A stretch of 64,000 nucleotides of DNA from Cetorhinus maximus (GCF_964194155.1 NC_135891.1:61876001-61940000); one strand, 5' to 3'; positions 38,106-51,989 are shown, numbered from the stretch's first letter. Numbers and translations are program-made. Notes: a model not told the origin generated them from the letters alone.

Positions 38106-38859
38106 TGCAACTCTATTCTCTGGCTCTATGCCCATATTTGTCCGATTCTGTTTCTATGAAGTGCCTCGGGACATTTTTGTACATTGAAGTGCTACATAAG
38201 TGCAAGCTATCTGAAGGATTTCAAATAGAGAGATCCATTTTATCTGCTTTCTTTTCAGAAATATATTTGAACAACCCACATGTCCCAAAGACATAAATGA
38301 CTGACAATTAGTTCATAGATGTCAAGAACAGAGGTTACTGAGGTTAATTGTTCTCATTTCAATTTAATTTCTAATTAATGTTAATGATCACTTTTATGAA
38401 TGCAGAGCATATTTTAGTGTTGCACATCAGCTTGTGGGAGCTGCCTTTCACCTCTCCATGGGAAACAGCCAAGCCTCATGAAACTCCCAAGTGGAAATGA
38501 GGTGATGAGTTCTAGGCAATGCCTCCTCATCAAACGGGCCTCCATTCCCTAGCGAATCCTATCATTCCTGTAATTGTTCGCATTCCATTTCCTGTCGCAT
38601 TCCTTGATCTTGGAAACCTCTTTCTGGCGAGTAATTAAATGGGTTTCCAGAAAGCTGGATATTACTCGTGTTGAAGGCCCAATTTATGAAACGTTGCGAA
38701 AGATTCCCACAGCAAAGGTGAAAGCCTCATCTGTCAGAACAGTCATTTAAATAGTCACTTGGTAGCACAGAACTTGAGCATTGCTGAAAAAAGAGACATG
38801 CTGTTGAAACATTTCATCTTGCACTCACCAGGACAGATGCAGGAACATCACATTTCAGA

Positions 38860-39603
38860 GGCAGAAAAATTTATACTGCATAGGAAAAGGACGCTGATTG
38901 GTGGACCAGTTAACTCTGGTTGTTTGAGACATTGCCATGGAGAATGGGCCAAGCCTACCCCTCGTTCCTCATCTCTGCACCCCTCATGCCCAGCGATTTG
39001 CACTTGCTGCTGCAGATCCTGCTCCTCATCACTACCAGTCCCTACCTCAGAGTAGCTTATTCCCATGTCCAGGCCTGGCCTTGCTTGCAATCAGCCTTAC
39101 TTTCAAGGTATCCTGGACACCCCTCTTCTGCCCTGTAATCCCTGTAGGTTTATGTAACCCCAATCCTATCCCCACCCACAATTGCCCCAGTTGCTTGTAG
39201 TCCAAATGTTCAAGGATCTCTGTTCATGAGCAATTGTGTGCCAATGTATGATGGGCCGAGGCCTGAGGCTTACTCCTTTTTATGCTGCCTTTTGATTATC
39301 TCCAGCAGCCATGAACTGGCTCCCGCTGCCTTGCCACCTCCTCCTCACAAACATGCTTCGGCCCTTCATGGTTCCTGTGCCGCCTGTCAAAAATCACAAA
39401 CCAGCCCTCAACGAGCTTGTTAACATGAACACTTGCTCATCCGCCATATCCAGGCAGGTTACTGGATCCCGCTTCTTGACCATATTTCCAAGATCACTGC
39501 CGATTGGTACCATGTCAGGAAGCCGTCACCTCGCTTGGTGGCACAAAGTTGCAGGCCCCTCCACCTCCATTCCCACTCCCACTGCACATTGAAAATTCAG
39601 CCC
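38860..39603 (-). mobile_element. Harbinger right-end derivative with transposase N-terminus
   Basis: TIR GAAAATTCAGCCC ending 39603. MGISYSEVGTGSDEE resembles MGIVYSAGGTSSSEEE of element A. Left end uncertain. Confidence 0.65.
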
Positions 39604-39713
39604 ATAATCCATCAATCAAAAATATCATGTCTAAAATGCCCCAAATGTCAAGAGGCTTAAAGAGACTTCACACAAAGTGTTGTCATTTAGTAAACTCAAG
39701 GTCAGCATTATGC

Positions 39714-41050
39714 GGCTGGATTTCCCCCATCGATACAACATCCTGACGCGGGTCGTTTACAGATCATGTGGCCGAATGGGCAGTTGGTGGGACTTCATCG
39801 GCAACCTTTTGATATGAGGCCAATTAGAGTTCAGCAGGGGAACTGGCCAATAGCAGATGGTGCATGCGAGTTAGTGCCAGGAAGTAGTTTACGGGCACCA
39901 AATTTAAAGGCCAGTCCACAGCCATCATACAGGCTGCACACAGAGAGGGCAGTGGAAGGGATATAGCAGAATTGAGCCTGTGGAGGAATGGCGGCAGTGA
40001 GAGCAAAGATGGTTCTGTGATGCCTCCCTGGAGGTGCCCCCTGCAGGCGGCAGGAGAATGGAGAGAAGTTCTGTTCCTAGTGAATGGGAGGAGGAGGCCA
40101 ACATGCCCCACGAGGAAGGCATGGCTGGAGGAGGCTGAGAAAGTTAACAAATGCAGGGTGGTCACACAAACATGGTTACAGTGTCAGAAATGATTCAATG
40201 ACCCAGTGAGATGTGGCAAGGCATGTGGCATGCGTGATGGCAAGATGGTAGCCGTACATGTGCAGATGCCTGAAGGATGCTTTTGTGGTGGTCGCAGATT
40301 TTGAACATTAAGCAAATAGACCCCTTCCTGTTAACGACCGTGCCTGCTGCTCTAGGGGAGCCTTGATGGCCACAAACATGCAGTTTATAACCCCATGGGC
40401 CTGAGGGAATCCTGCCGCAACCCAGAGTCTGATCACCCTCTCAGTTGGACCGGTCCAAACACTGTGAAACTTGATGTATTCCAGCCCTCTGGAACAAGGC
40501 GTTCATTACCTGCTTGATGCAGCATTGGCCCACAGACTGACAGATCCCATAAATGTCTTCAGACAATCCCTGGAATGATTCTGATGGGAAAACGTGGAAT
40601 GCCACAGTCACCTTCACTGCCACACCTCCTCCACCTTTCTGTTGGTCAGCGGCCTCCTGTCTTGACAGATGCAGCCTTAGGGGACACTTGTGCTCCGACA
40701 TCTCCATGAAGGGAAAACTACGTCTGTTCACCCTTGCACTGGGTACTGGTTTCTTTGAACATTAGCCTGCCTAATTGCCTGTATGTGCCCTCCTTATCTG
40801 CTTCCCATGACAGCCTCACGCCTGCTGGTGCTCCTCTGCCTTTTGCTGCCCCTCTCCATGTGGCTGACGCAGCCTCTCTCTCTCTCACCTTCCTCCTCAA
40901 TGGAGGAATCAAACTCTGAAAGCTTTGAATCTTTCACAGCGATATGGCTCTGACCCCATCCCTGACCCCCTTTAACCCTCATGTTGCCTGCATTCCTGGG
41001 CCTGGGAGACACCCTTTCACTAACAAGCCTCTTCTATGGCCTTATATGCC
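39714..41050. mobile_element. internally deleted Harbinger (Myb exon 1 on +, transposase N-terminal half on -)
   Basis: TIR GGCTGGATTT; DASLEV...REVLF...KAWLE..QCQK*FND; VAVKVTVAF..SFQG..DIYGICQ. Right end not found. Confidence 0.8.
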
Positions 41051-41674
41051 ACAATCCCTCCAAATGTCAAGGAGGGTGGAAAGTGAAACAATTTCTTAGC
41101 TGTACTGGTGGGAAAGTGCATCACACAGCACAAACACCATGCGGGTAGCCATCAACCTATCATTATGTTTCTTTGCTCTTACAAGTCCTCTCACACAGCA
41201 GCAGAAAAGTATACACGGGTAAACATTCCAATGTAAATGTTGCAACCAGGCCGAGGGGGTGAGGGGTGGGTAGGGTGATATGTAGTCAGTAATTGAACCT
41301 GAGGGGCAATAGGAGCATGCAGCATCCCATATCCCCTGAGGAGGTAGTTTGAAGGAAAAGTATCCCCATGAATTATAAATCACCACAAGTTTTGGCCAAT
41401 TTGTGCCGCTCTACTCTTAGCTTTACAAAATCAGCATTTCGCACTTAACCTCCCAGTAAGTTTCATCAAGTTGCTGCATTTGTACATTAATTGCCCATTA
41501 AACTCATCAATGAAAGTCAAGTCCATTAATTAACAGTGTAAGTACCCTTTTGACAACATGATAATTGTTAATAACTGCCAATCAAACTCTTGAGTCCCGA
41601 AAGTAAACAATTATAAATGTAGATCTCATTCCTTCAGATTGTAAAATGTTTTAGGAGTCTTCAAAAATATAACT

Positions 41675-43060
41675 GTGCAATTTAAGAAAGGTGACAAAGG
41701 GAAGCCAGAGAATCATTGACCAGTTGGTCTAACATCTTTTGTCAGAAAATTACTAGGATATATAATTAAAGATGGGGTGACTGAACACATTGAACATTTT
41801 CAGCTGTTCAGACAGAATCAGCATGGATTTGTAGAGGCTAAGTCATGTTTGATAAACCTGATTCAATTATTTGAAGAGGTGACTAAAGTAGTGACAGAGG
41901 AATGTCTATGTATATTATTGACATGAACTTCCAGTAGGTATTTGATAGAGCCCCTGTTAAGAAACTGTGAGCTAATGTTCATGAATATGAAGGCAAATTA
42001 TTGGCTTGCTTAGGAAGTTGGCTGAATGGCATGGGACAGAGAGTAGGATCATGGGCAGGTACACTCATTGGTAGGATGTGACTAGTGGTGTCATGCGGTG
42101 TTGCTTTTGGGGCCTCAGCTATTCACTGTATTTATAAGTGCCTTAGATGATGGAACAAAAAGCCACATATCTAAATGTGCCGATGACACATCGATCGGTG
42201 GCATTGCAAGCAGTGTAAATAGAAGTATAAAATCAAGACATATTGACAGATTAAGTGAATGGGCAAAATGTTAGCAAATGGATTTCAATGTAGGTAAATA
42301 TGAGGTCATCCATTTTGGATCTGAAAAAGATAGAATAGGGTACTTTCTAAATGGTGAAAAGCTAGAAACAACTAGTGGAGGTCCAATGAGACAAGGGGGA
42401 TCCAGGTAAATAGATCATTAAAATATCATGAACAAGGCTGTGGAATACTTGCCTTGTTATCTACAGGACTAGAATATAGGGGGTATAAGTTATGCAAAGT
42501 CATACAAAGCTCCTGGTTAGGCCACACCTGAAGTATTGGAATTCTGGGCACCACATGTCAGGAAGTATCTATTGGCCTTGGAGGGAGTGCAGTGTAAATT
42601 TACCAGAATGATACTGGGACTCCAAGGGTTAAGTTACAAAGAGAGATTCTGCAATCTAGAATTGTATTCCCTTGAATTAAGAAAGTTATGGGGAGTTTTG
42701 ATCAAAGTTTTCAAAATATTATAGGGAACAGATAGGGTAGATAGAGAGAAACTATTTCAGCTGGTTAGGAGTGTACTAGGACTAGGAGACATGGTAAAAA
42801 ATTAGATCCAAACCTTTCAGGAGTGAAATTAGCAAACACTGACACACAAAGGGTAGTAGAAGTTTGGAACTCTCTTCCACAAATGGGACTCAATGTTAAA
42901 AATTAAAAAGAGTTAATTTTTAAACTGAGTTTAATAGATTTTTGTTAACCAGAGGTATTAAGGGATATGGAGCAAAGGCAGATTTATGGAGTTAGGTCAT
43001 AGATCAGCTGATTTTTATTGAATAATACAGCAGGCACAAGGGCCTACTTCTGTTCCTATG
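41675..43060 (+). mobile_element. CR1 LINE RT region and 3' end, decayed
   Basis: FKKGDK, QHGFV..KSCLINL, SKCADDT, FWAPHVRK..ALEGVQCKFTRMI; tail. Confidence 0.9.
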
Positions 43061-43070
43061 TACCTATAAT

Positions 43071-43904
43071 TGTTATGACACAGCAGTTGGTAAAGGCTGA
43101 GTTATTTTAAACCCCAGAGGGAAATTTGAAACAACTGTCATAACCTATATTTTCAATTGGTATGTTTGAGATGCAGCTCTGAATTCAGGATTAAGACCAC
43201 CAAGCCTCAAGAGGTTTTTTTTTATATAAAACTAAATTAAACATTTATTAATTTAACAACAAATTAAACACATGCACATGTCTACAAATTACTACCATAA
43301 TAACTTTTAAACAAATCCCCAAATTAATCACCCCCAGGTAAATCTCCACCAAGACAACAGTAACCCATAGACTTTAAACATACACCAGGCAAAGCAGATC
43401 TGACCTTACAAATTCAAAAATGAGGTTCCTTACAATTTGATTCCTTTGCAGACACAGTTGGAGGCTTACAGGCTGGTTAGATCTTAAATGCTTCTACCTT
43501 ACACACAATCTCCTTTCTCTCTTTATACCTGGCTTCTTCTTTAAATGTAAATTTTCCATGGTATCACTAGGCTTTTAACTTCACATCTTCTAACAATAAC
43601 ATTTTCATCCCACTAATTCTATTAGTAATATAAACACTGCTTGGCATCTCCCAGCTAGGTGCAAGATTTTACTCCCACTCCTGAATGCTTTATTCAACAA
43701 ATGCAAATTCACACTTTACCTTTCTAACTCCTTACTGTTTACCTAATTAACATCTCAAACTACTATACATCAAAACACCCAGATTAGCTGGCTTTAATCC
43801 AAGTAAGACACACACAGTCAAACACATAGACACAGACCCCACTACAACTCCATTTTAAAAATAATTTCCAATAACATTATGGACATTAATATCTCTTCGT
43901 GACA
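43071..43904 (-). mobile_element. solo LTR, 834 bp
   Basis: Termini TGTTATGA...TCGTGACA; 5-bp TSD ATAAT at 43066-43070 and 43905-43909; aataaa on the minus strand. Confidence 0.85.
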
Positions 43905-45782
43905 ATAATGTCTGGAATAAGTGGTGATAGAATGTTGGTGAAGCCTTGACAAATTAGCCCAGAAAGTCACCCAATATGTTTCAAAAGTCCTCTTGAGACC
44001 TCCAGCAGCAAGTCAAGAATGAATTCCTTTAGGTAGAACTTGAAATCCTCAACAACAACTCTCAATTGGCTGGTTAGGTGAGGCAGTTAATTCATGTGCT
44101 ACCCAAAAAAATGCTATGCATGCTCTTTAGTCAGTGCTACCAGGCAATTTAATTACAAAATAGCCCCTTACCAATCCTCAAGGTAAGGCACTAGCTTGCA
44201 TTTCAGCTGCTTCATCAATATGGCATATTGAGCTAAACATGGGCTAAAACAACATTGCAGCTCGAGATTCCCTTCTTGGCTACTTTGGAGGCTCTTTCAC
44301 ACCCAAAGTATCTGGAGAAAATTAAATGTTTTATTTTTTCCTTTCTCTCTTTCCTTCAACCTAATCTTTCTTTCCTCCTCTCTATTTCTCCACATTATTG
44401 CGCATTGAATTCACCCGTTTTAATTCACCCTCCTTCTCAATTTTACCTCTGCGTTTATCTGTCCTTAAATCTCATTAAGGAGATGCACTGTTTGTCCCAG
44501 ATTCCCTTGCTGTGCTGTTATCAGCTAGCAATTCCAGAAACTTTGTGGATAAAAATGGTTCATGCATAAACATGCACGTACAAGTCTAACAATGGCCCAC
44601 TCCTGCAAAACCTGGCACAATATTTCTAATGGACAGGGGACCATGTGTTGCATGTTTAATTCCATCATGTGTGCTCCCAAGCAATGGGGCTCCATATCTG
44701 GAGAGAGCATGCAATACAATGGAAGAGAAGGATACAAGTGGCTGATCTTGATTCAACTGTGCCATAATGATGCTATGACTCTAATACTAATTCTGGATCT
44801 CAAACCAGGATTTAATCTCCTGGACCTTTTCAAATAAAAAAATCTTTTAAAATCACTTATGAAAAATGATTCAACAATAAAATGACTTCAGTTCTAGTTG
44901 CGAGAAAGTAGATTTGAAAGAAGGCCTCCACCAGAACTAAATGACATAGAAATTAAAACTTCAGATTTTCAAATAATATGTTTTGGCAATAAATGTCAAC
45001 ATCACTTCAGCTTGTAATCTTAGTGCATGTACCTGTAATTGTGGGTGAGGCAAAACCAGGCTTACTGACAGAATTCTTTGCCATGAAGCGTCCTGTTCCT
45101 TGTCAAGCACTGAGGGAAACCATTATCCCCTTAATCTTAGTAATCAGCATGTAGATTACAAAATTGTGCTGAGTGTTTGTTGTGACAGGTCAGGAAGCAG
45201 TCTATAAAGGTCACTTGCATTCCTCTGGTATTAACTGTCACATCTTGAGGCACCTTCCACTTTCATCAGGATCAAGGCTTCACAGGATGCCATATGGCTG
45301 TCACCATGGTAACTCTGCCAGCTTGTATGCCTCTTCAGTTGCTTATTTCTGGATGGGATTTAATTGTAAGTAAAGGAGCTTACAAGCCCTTCTATTAAAA
45401 TGTTGAGCGAACTGCTTGGGACACCTTATTGATTAAGTTGGCCTCCTCTTTTAAGTAAGAAAAGGGACTCCTAGGAAAAACTGGGAGTGAAATGCAAAGA
45501 TAGGGTAGAAGCTCAGTGAGCTCCTTTGAGATCAGAGCCCAAGCTCTCCACTAGTGGCTCAATCAACCCAGGTATCTTATTAAACATTTACTGCAGTCTA
45601 AAAAGTTTCTTTGTGGTGGGGGGGGTGCAGTGAATCTGTTTTGTTTTATTATCTTTTGAGGTTATCCTGCCAAACATTCAGTTTGTGGAACCTTCCTTGT
45701 GCTACTTAAGAGATATAAGTGAGCAAAGAGCAATGAAGGACATGTGTGGTCAATTCATTCATTCAATAGTAAGTTGTTAAAT

Positions 45783-46430
45783 CACAGAATCGGAATCACA
45801 GAATTTTAATGGCACAGAAGTAGGCCATTTGGCCCATCATGTCTGCACCGGCTTTCCAAATGAGCATTGTGATCCAGTACCTTTGCCCTGCCTTTTCCCT
45901 GTGCCCCTGCACATTGTTTCTATTCATGTAATCATCTAATTCCCTCTTGAATGCCTCAGTTGAACTGCTTCCACCACACTCCCAGGCAGCACATTCCAGA
46001 CCTGAACAACTCATTGTGTGAAAAAGTTTTTCCTCACGTCACACTTGCTTCTTTTGCAAATCACTTTAAATCTGCTCCTTTTCATTCTTGATCCATTTAC
46101 GAGTGGGAACAGCTTCTCCCTATCTACTCTGTTCAGCTCCCTCATGATTTTGAACATCTCTATCAAATCTCCTCTTAGTCTTCTCCTCTCCAAGGAGAAC
46201 AGTCCCAACCTATCCTCATAACTGAAGGTTCTCATCCCTGGAACCATTCTTGTAAACCTCTTCTGCACCCTCCCCAATGTGTTCACGTCCTTCCTGCAAC
46301 GTGGTGCCCAGAACTGTACACAATATTCAAGCTGAGGTCTTTATATAAACAAGTACTTTTTATAAATTCAGCATAACCTCCTTGCTTTTGTACTCTATGC
46401 CCCTATTAATAAAGCCCAGGATACTATGTG
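45783..46430 (-). mobile_element. CR1 (HER1-like) LINE 3' portion
   Basis: ORF 46011-46286 RVQKRFTRMVPG...SYEDRLGLFSLERRRLRGDLIE. Confidence 0.9.
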
Positions 46431-47217
46431 AAAATATAAGAGTGAAAATAATTGCATAAAGAAACGAGTAAATGGAATTTAAATTCAATTACTAAACCTG
46501 GAATTGAAAGCTAGACTCAGCGATGGCGACCATGAAACTATCATCAATTGTTGTAAAAACCCACCTGGTTCACTAAATGTCCTTAAGGGAAGGAAATCTA
46601 CCATCATTACCTAGTCGGGCCTACATTAGACTCTAGATGTCCACATCCCATGAATGGATAAAGAAAAAATGATGTGTCATTCTCTATTTGTTCACTGTTA
46701 GAAATGTTGCTGGAATGAATATAGAAAGCATGAGACCAAGGTTCAGATTAAGATTTCCATACAATGAGGACATATTGGAATATTGCAATTCTACAGTTGT
46801 GTCCAGGCTTGGTTGTCGTTTGCATATCAGAAGTGAATGATCGATAAACAAATTAATTTTCAGGATATCTTTTGCTCAGCTTAACAGGGTTAAGTAGTAA
46901 TAACAGGTTTGAATTGCAGAACATTCGTTTGTTATGGTGGATTTAGGATTTACCCCTCTGGCAAGCAAACAAGAATAATATGGAGCCATTGAATACTAAT
47001 AGTGATAAGGCCTTCTAAAAAAATGAGACAATATTTATAGTAAGTAAAACTTTGCACTGCCTTTTACAACCTCAGGACATCACCATGTGCTTAACAACAA
47101 TTTTTTTTTATGTGTAGTTATTTTTGTAATGTAGAAATTTCAGTAGTCAATTTGTAGACAGCAATCTCTCACTAACAGCAATGAAATAAATTACTCTATA
47201 AAGTAGAAAAGCAGCAT

Positions 47218-47990
47218 ATTATTTAAATGGAGAGAGATTGCAGAACTCTTGGGTGCTGAGGGATCTGGGTTTCCTGGTAAAAGAATCAGGAAAAGTTAGT
47301 ATATGGGTATAGCAAGTGATTAGGAAGGCAAATGGAATGCTGTTGTTTATTGCAAGGGGAATGGAATATAAAAGAAGGGATGTTTTGCTACAGTCGTATA
47401 GGGTATTGGTGAGACCACATCTAGAGTACTGTATACAGGTTTGATCTCCTAATTTAAGAAAAGACATAAATGAGTTAGAGGCAGTTCAGAAAAGGTTCAC
47501 TTGACAGATACTTGGGGTGGGGATGGGGTACCTTATGAGGAAAGGTTGAACAGGTTGGGCCTGTACCCATTGGAGTTTAGAAGAATGAGAGGTGATCTTA
47601 CTGAAACACATTAGATCCTGAGGGGACTTGACAGGGTGGATGCTGTAAAAATGTTTCCCCTTGTGGGAGAGACGAGAACTAGGGGACACAGTTGAAAAAA
47701 ATAAGGGATCTCCCATTTGAGACCAAGATGGCGAGAATTTTTTCTCTTGGAGGGCCGTGACTCTTTGGAACTCTCTTGCCCAGTGAGTGATAGAGGCAGG
47801 GTCAATGAATATTTTCAAGGTAGAGGTAGATAGATTCTTGATTAACAATGGAGTCAAAGGTTATCGGGGGTCGGTGGAACGTGGAGTTGAGCCAATAATC
47901 AGATCAGCCACGATCTTATTGAATGACGGAGCAGGCTCGAGGAGCTGAATGGCCTACTCCTGCTCCTAATTCGTATGTTCATATGTTTGA
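47218..47990 (+). mobile_element. CR1 (HER1-like) LINE 3' portion
   Basis: YLNGERLQ...RDLG...LVRPHLEYCIQ...LEFRRMRGDL; tail gaatggcctactcctgctcct. Confidence 0.9.
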
Positions 47991-48009
47991 GTAAATTATC
48001 TATTTAAGG

Positions 48010-48144
48010 TCAAAATCAAATTACTGCGGATGTTGCAAATCTGAAATAAAACCATAAAATGCTGGAAATACTCAGCAGGTCAAGCACCATCTGTGGAGAG
48101 AGAAACAGAGTTAATGTTTCAGTTCAACGACATTTCATCAAAAT
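48010..48144 (-). mobile_element. short hammerhead-headed Penelope derivative
   Basis: Reverse complement ttgatgaaatgtc...gaaacattaactctg followed by the full Penelope tail. Confidence 0.8.
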
Positions 48145-48329
48145 GGTTTTATCTGTTTCAAGTGTTGATTAAGGGATAAACAACAGAATACTGGCAAGAA
48201 CTACCCTGCTCCTCTTTAAATTGTTCCATGGGATTTATGTCCACCTGAAAAGGCAGATGGGGCCTTGGTTTAACGTCTTATCCAACAATTGGACCTTAGG
48301 TCCTCAACAACCAAAAGTCCCATACAACC

Positions 48330-48726
48330 AATTAACTTCTTTAGAAATGGTCATGGTTTGCAGCAGATATAGTAGCTAATTTGCACAGAACAGGCTCCTA
48401 CAAAGAACAAATAAAGACAAATGAGTAATTATTCTGTTTTTTGTGGTACTGGTTGAGGAAATTGTATTGGCATACAAACCAGGAGAACCTCCTGCTCATT
48501 TTGAATAATAATGGATCATTTATATTCACTTGAGGTAGATAAGGCCTCAGTTCAACATCACACCCAAAAGATAGTTTTTCAAAGGGCGGGATTTTCCGCA
48601 CCCACCCGCCACCATGATCTTCCGGTGCCACACAAGTCAATGGACTCCTGGCTGGGGCACCACCTCGCCCGTGGCAGGTCCCGCTACGATGGGGCTGGAA
48701 AATTCCAGCCAAAGTGTCAGCCTAGA
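48330..48726 (-). mobile_element. Deu-domain SINE split by a MITE
   Basis: Deu blocks at 48370-48560; gtgtcagcctaga resumes after 48713. Confidence 0.6.
48584..48710. mobile_element. Harbinger-type MITE, 127 bp
   Basis: TIRs GGGCGGGATTTTCC / GGAAAATTCCAGCC; AAA TSD. Confidence 0.85.
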
Positions 48727-48734
48727 GTGGATAC

Positions 48735-49095
48735 ATGGGTACATGGACATATACCTACCTATCACGATATACATGCAACACACACATACACCTACCTACT
48801 TACACACACATATACCCACACATACACACCTACCTACTTACACACACACACACACCCACATACACACACATCTACCTACCTACACATTTGCAAACGCACG
48901 CACACATATGTACACAAAGACACACACATACACCTACCAACACACACATGCTCACGCCTACACTTATCTACCTACAAATATAGACATAGTTAAGGCTACC
49001 TAGAGACACACATACACACATTGACAGCTACTTACACAGACACACACATAAACACACACACATACACACACGTGCACCTACCTACTCACAAACTC
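48735..49095. repeat. compound (CA)n/(CCTA)n microsatellite
   Basis: Seen directly. Confidence 0.9.
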
Positions 49096-49139
49096 CACTG
49101 CAGTAAGCCCCACATGTATGTGGTATGTTAACTACATTA

Positions 49140-50345
49140 CTTGACAAAGGTGAACTTTGCCTCCTCATCCTTCTCAAGCTGCTTGCAGCCTTTGACACAG
49201 TTGATCACACCATCCTCCTCCAACACCTGTCCACTGACAGCTAGACCGGTGGAACTGCATTCGCCTGGTTCCATTCTTAACTATATAATCACAGCCAGAG
49301 TATCACTTGCAATGGCTTCTCTTCCCACTCTTGCACTGTTACCCCTGGTGTCCCACAAGGATCTATCCTTGGCCCCCTCCTATTTTTTATATACATCATC
49401 TGAAAGCACAGCATTAGATTTCACCTATACGCTGACAACCCCAACTCTGCCTCATCACCGCCTCTCTCGGCTGCTGCACTGCTGTTAAATTATCAGGCTG
49501 CTTATCCGACAGTACTGGATGAGCTGAAATTTCCTCCAATTTAATAGTGGGAAGAATTAAACCATTATCTTCAATCCCCCCTCTAAACTCCGTTTCCTAG
49601 CTACCGATGCCATCAATCACCCTGGCAACAGTCTGAGATTAAACCAGCCTGTTTGCAATCTTTGTGTCATATTTAACCCCGAGGTGTGCATCACTAAGAC
49701 CACCTATTTGCACCTCTGTAACATCACCACTTCACCCCTACCTCAGCTCATCCACTGATGAAACCCTCATTCATACCTTCATTGCCTCTAGATTTGACTA
49801 TTCCAATGTACTGCTTTCTGATATTCTACCCTCTGTAAATTTGAGGCCATCCAAAATTCTACCGTCCATGTCCTTACACGCACTTGGTCCTTTTCACCCA
49901 TCACCATTATGCTCACTGATCTACATTGGCTCCCAGTTAAGCAATGCCTTGATTTTAAAATTCTGATCCTCATTTTCAAGTCCCTCCACGGCCTCACCCC
50001 TCTTTATCTCTGTAATCTCCTCCAGTTACACAGCTCTCTGAGATGCCTGCGCTCCTCTAATTCTGGCCTCTTGTCCACCCCCAATTCTAATTGCTCCACT
50101 ATTGGTGGCTGCGCATTTAGTTGCACAGGCCCCAAGTTCAGGGATTCCCTCCCTAAACCTCTCTGCCTCACTCCCTCACTTTATTCCTTTAAGATACTCC
50201 TTAAAACGTCTTTGACCAAGCCTTTTACCATCTGCCCTAATATCGCCTCATGTGGCTCAGTGTCTCATTTTTGCTTTATAATGCTTTTGTAAAGCACTTT
50301 AGGACATTTTAATGCATTAAAGGAGCTATATAAATATAAGTCGTT
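49140..50345 (+). mobile_element. L2 LINE RT and 3' end
   Basis: AAFDTVDH, GVPQGSILGP, YAD, ETLIHTFIASRFDYSN, LHWLPVKQCLDFKIL; tail gctatataaat. Confidence 0.92.
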
Positions 50346-51989
50346 GCTGTTGCTAATAGGATTGATCACTTTTGAAAAGCCTATGCACTTGTTTTTGTTG
50401 GATCACTGTGTCTCCTGCCAACACAAGATGACCATGCAAGCTGGCTGCCAAATCCTGCCTGCACATGTGCACCCATCCACGCATGCACAGAAAACCAATT
50501 TTACCATTTGCAGGAGACGCAGGGCCAGTTGGATCTTATTCTGATCCTGAAACCGTCCACCCAGTTTCTGAGCGGTGGGCGGGCAGTCCGGCCATGGTCT
50601 CCCCGCAGTTTCCGGCGATCCCCTCCCTCCCCATCCCGATCCCCGGCTCCATTCCTCCCCTCCACCCTACTGACTCGGAGATGGTGTGGCTTTTTTCTTC
50701 AATGTCTTGAATAGCTGTTTAATAAGCATCTCAGCTCCTGGCCATTGCCTACTCCATCACTTGCCATGACGTCACGGAGTAAAACAGTGCATCTGCACAT
50801 GCACAGCGTTGGCAGCATACACAGCCTTGTTGGATAGGCTGAGCAGAAACTCGTGCTTGCATGTCAAATGGTCACAGCAGAGGAAGTGGGGTAATGGAGT
50901 TACTGATCAATGAATCCTTTGCCATGAGCAAGTTGAGTCTATTATCACCTCCTCAATTACTTCTTTAACTGGTGTTGTCGATTAAATGCTGACAATTTAA
51001 CTTTTCCACAAGGAAATCCAGTGAAAGTAATTAGCTAATGAATTGATTGAGGCAGCACTTGCCCTGTTGCTCTGTACAACTGCAATGCTTCCATACACTA
51101 GAGTCCCAGCAACATAAATCTAAGGAAATTAAAAATGGATAGAAAATATTGACAGCTCACGACAAAAGGCTGGTTTCCTTATTGATTTTATTCTTCTTGA
51201 ATGATGTCACATTGTGGCTGGTTGTTGTTTGAGAATCTTGATCTTGTGCCCAAGGTGTTTGAGGGATCATAGTCCTGGGGCATCAAGCACTCCAGGCACT
51301 GACTGGCCAGCAATAGTGGGCAGGCTTCCACTGGAGCTTGCTGCCTAAATCCAGGGAGATACCCAATGCACCATCCTATGCCCCATCCCACCCCATGGTG
51401 GGGCTTTACAAATTACCTAGGAGGGTATCACTAGGATGTCCTAGACACTCAGTGGGTAAAGGCACCCAAAAACAGACAGTCCCAAATTTCTATGGTCTTG
51501 TTTTTTTTGTAATGAACCCATTTCATGTATGAATAAAACAGGTTACTACTCATAAATAGATCAATGAACATTTTTCAATTATTTGTTTGACATCACCATC
51601 CACACTTATTTCCCTTTGGGGCATAGTAGAAGTATTTGCATACTGATGATCAGCCTACTTGAACCACATCACAAACACTCCTTCTTCATCCAACAAGTCA
51701 TGCAGTGGGACTTGAACATAGGACACCTGGCTCAGAGGCAGGATTGCTACCTACCTAGTCACAGAACCACTACAGAGACTGTCATGGTTTACTGTGCTGC
51801 CCAACTGAGCTGGGTCGTGGAAGATTTTACATTTGTGACTATGCAAATAAATCTTAGCAGAATCTTGAACTGTAATGGAACCACCACAATTTTAAAAGCA
51901 ATTTGCATCCAATTTCCCAATTGCATCCAAAGCAGAAATTAATCCCCTTAACTTTTAATTGCTGAAAAAGTAATGACCCTCCACTGTGT

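Larger units (their letters stand above)
47045..48300 (-). mobile_element. Deu-domain SINE split by CR1 (47218-47990 +) and a short Penelope derivative (48010-48144 -)
   Basis: SINE tail at 47045-47190 and SINE body at 48148-48300 are collinear. Confidence 0.7.

Noticed and set aside
41393-44620. 41393-41670 and 44310-44620 as two halves of one split element
   Set aside because: Both look repeat-like, but TIRs and a TSD could not be matched convincingly.
48511-49003. His/Thr-rich ORFs
   Set aside because: Translation of a (CA)n microsatellite.
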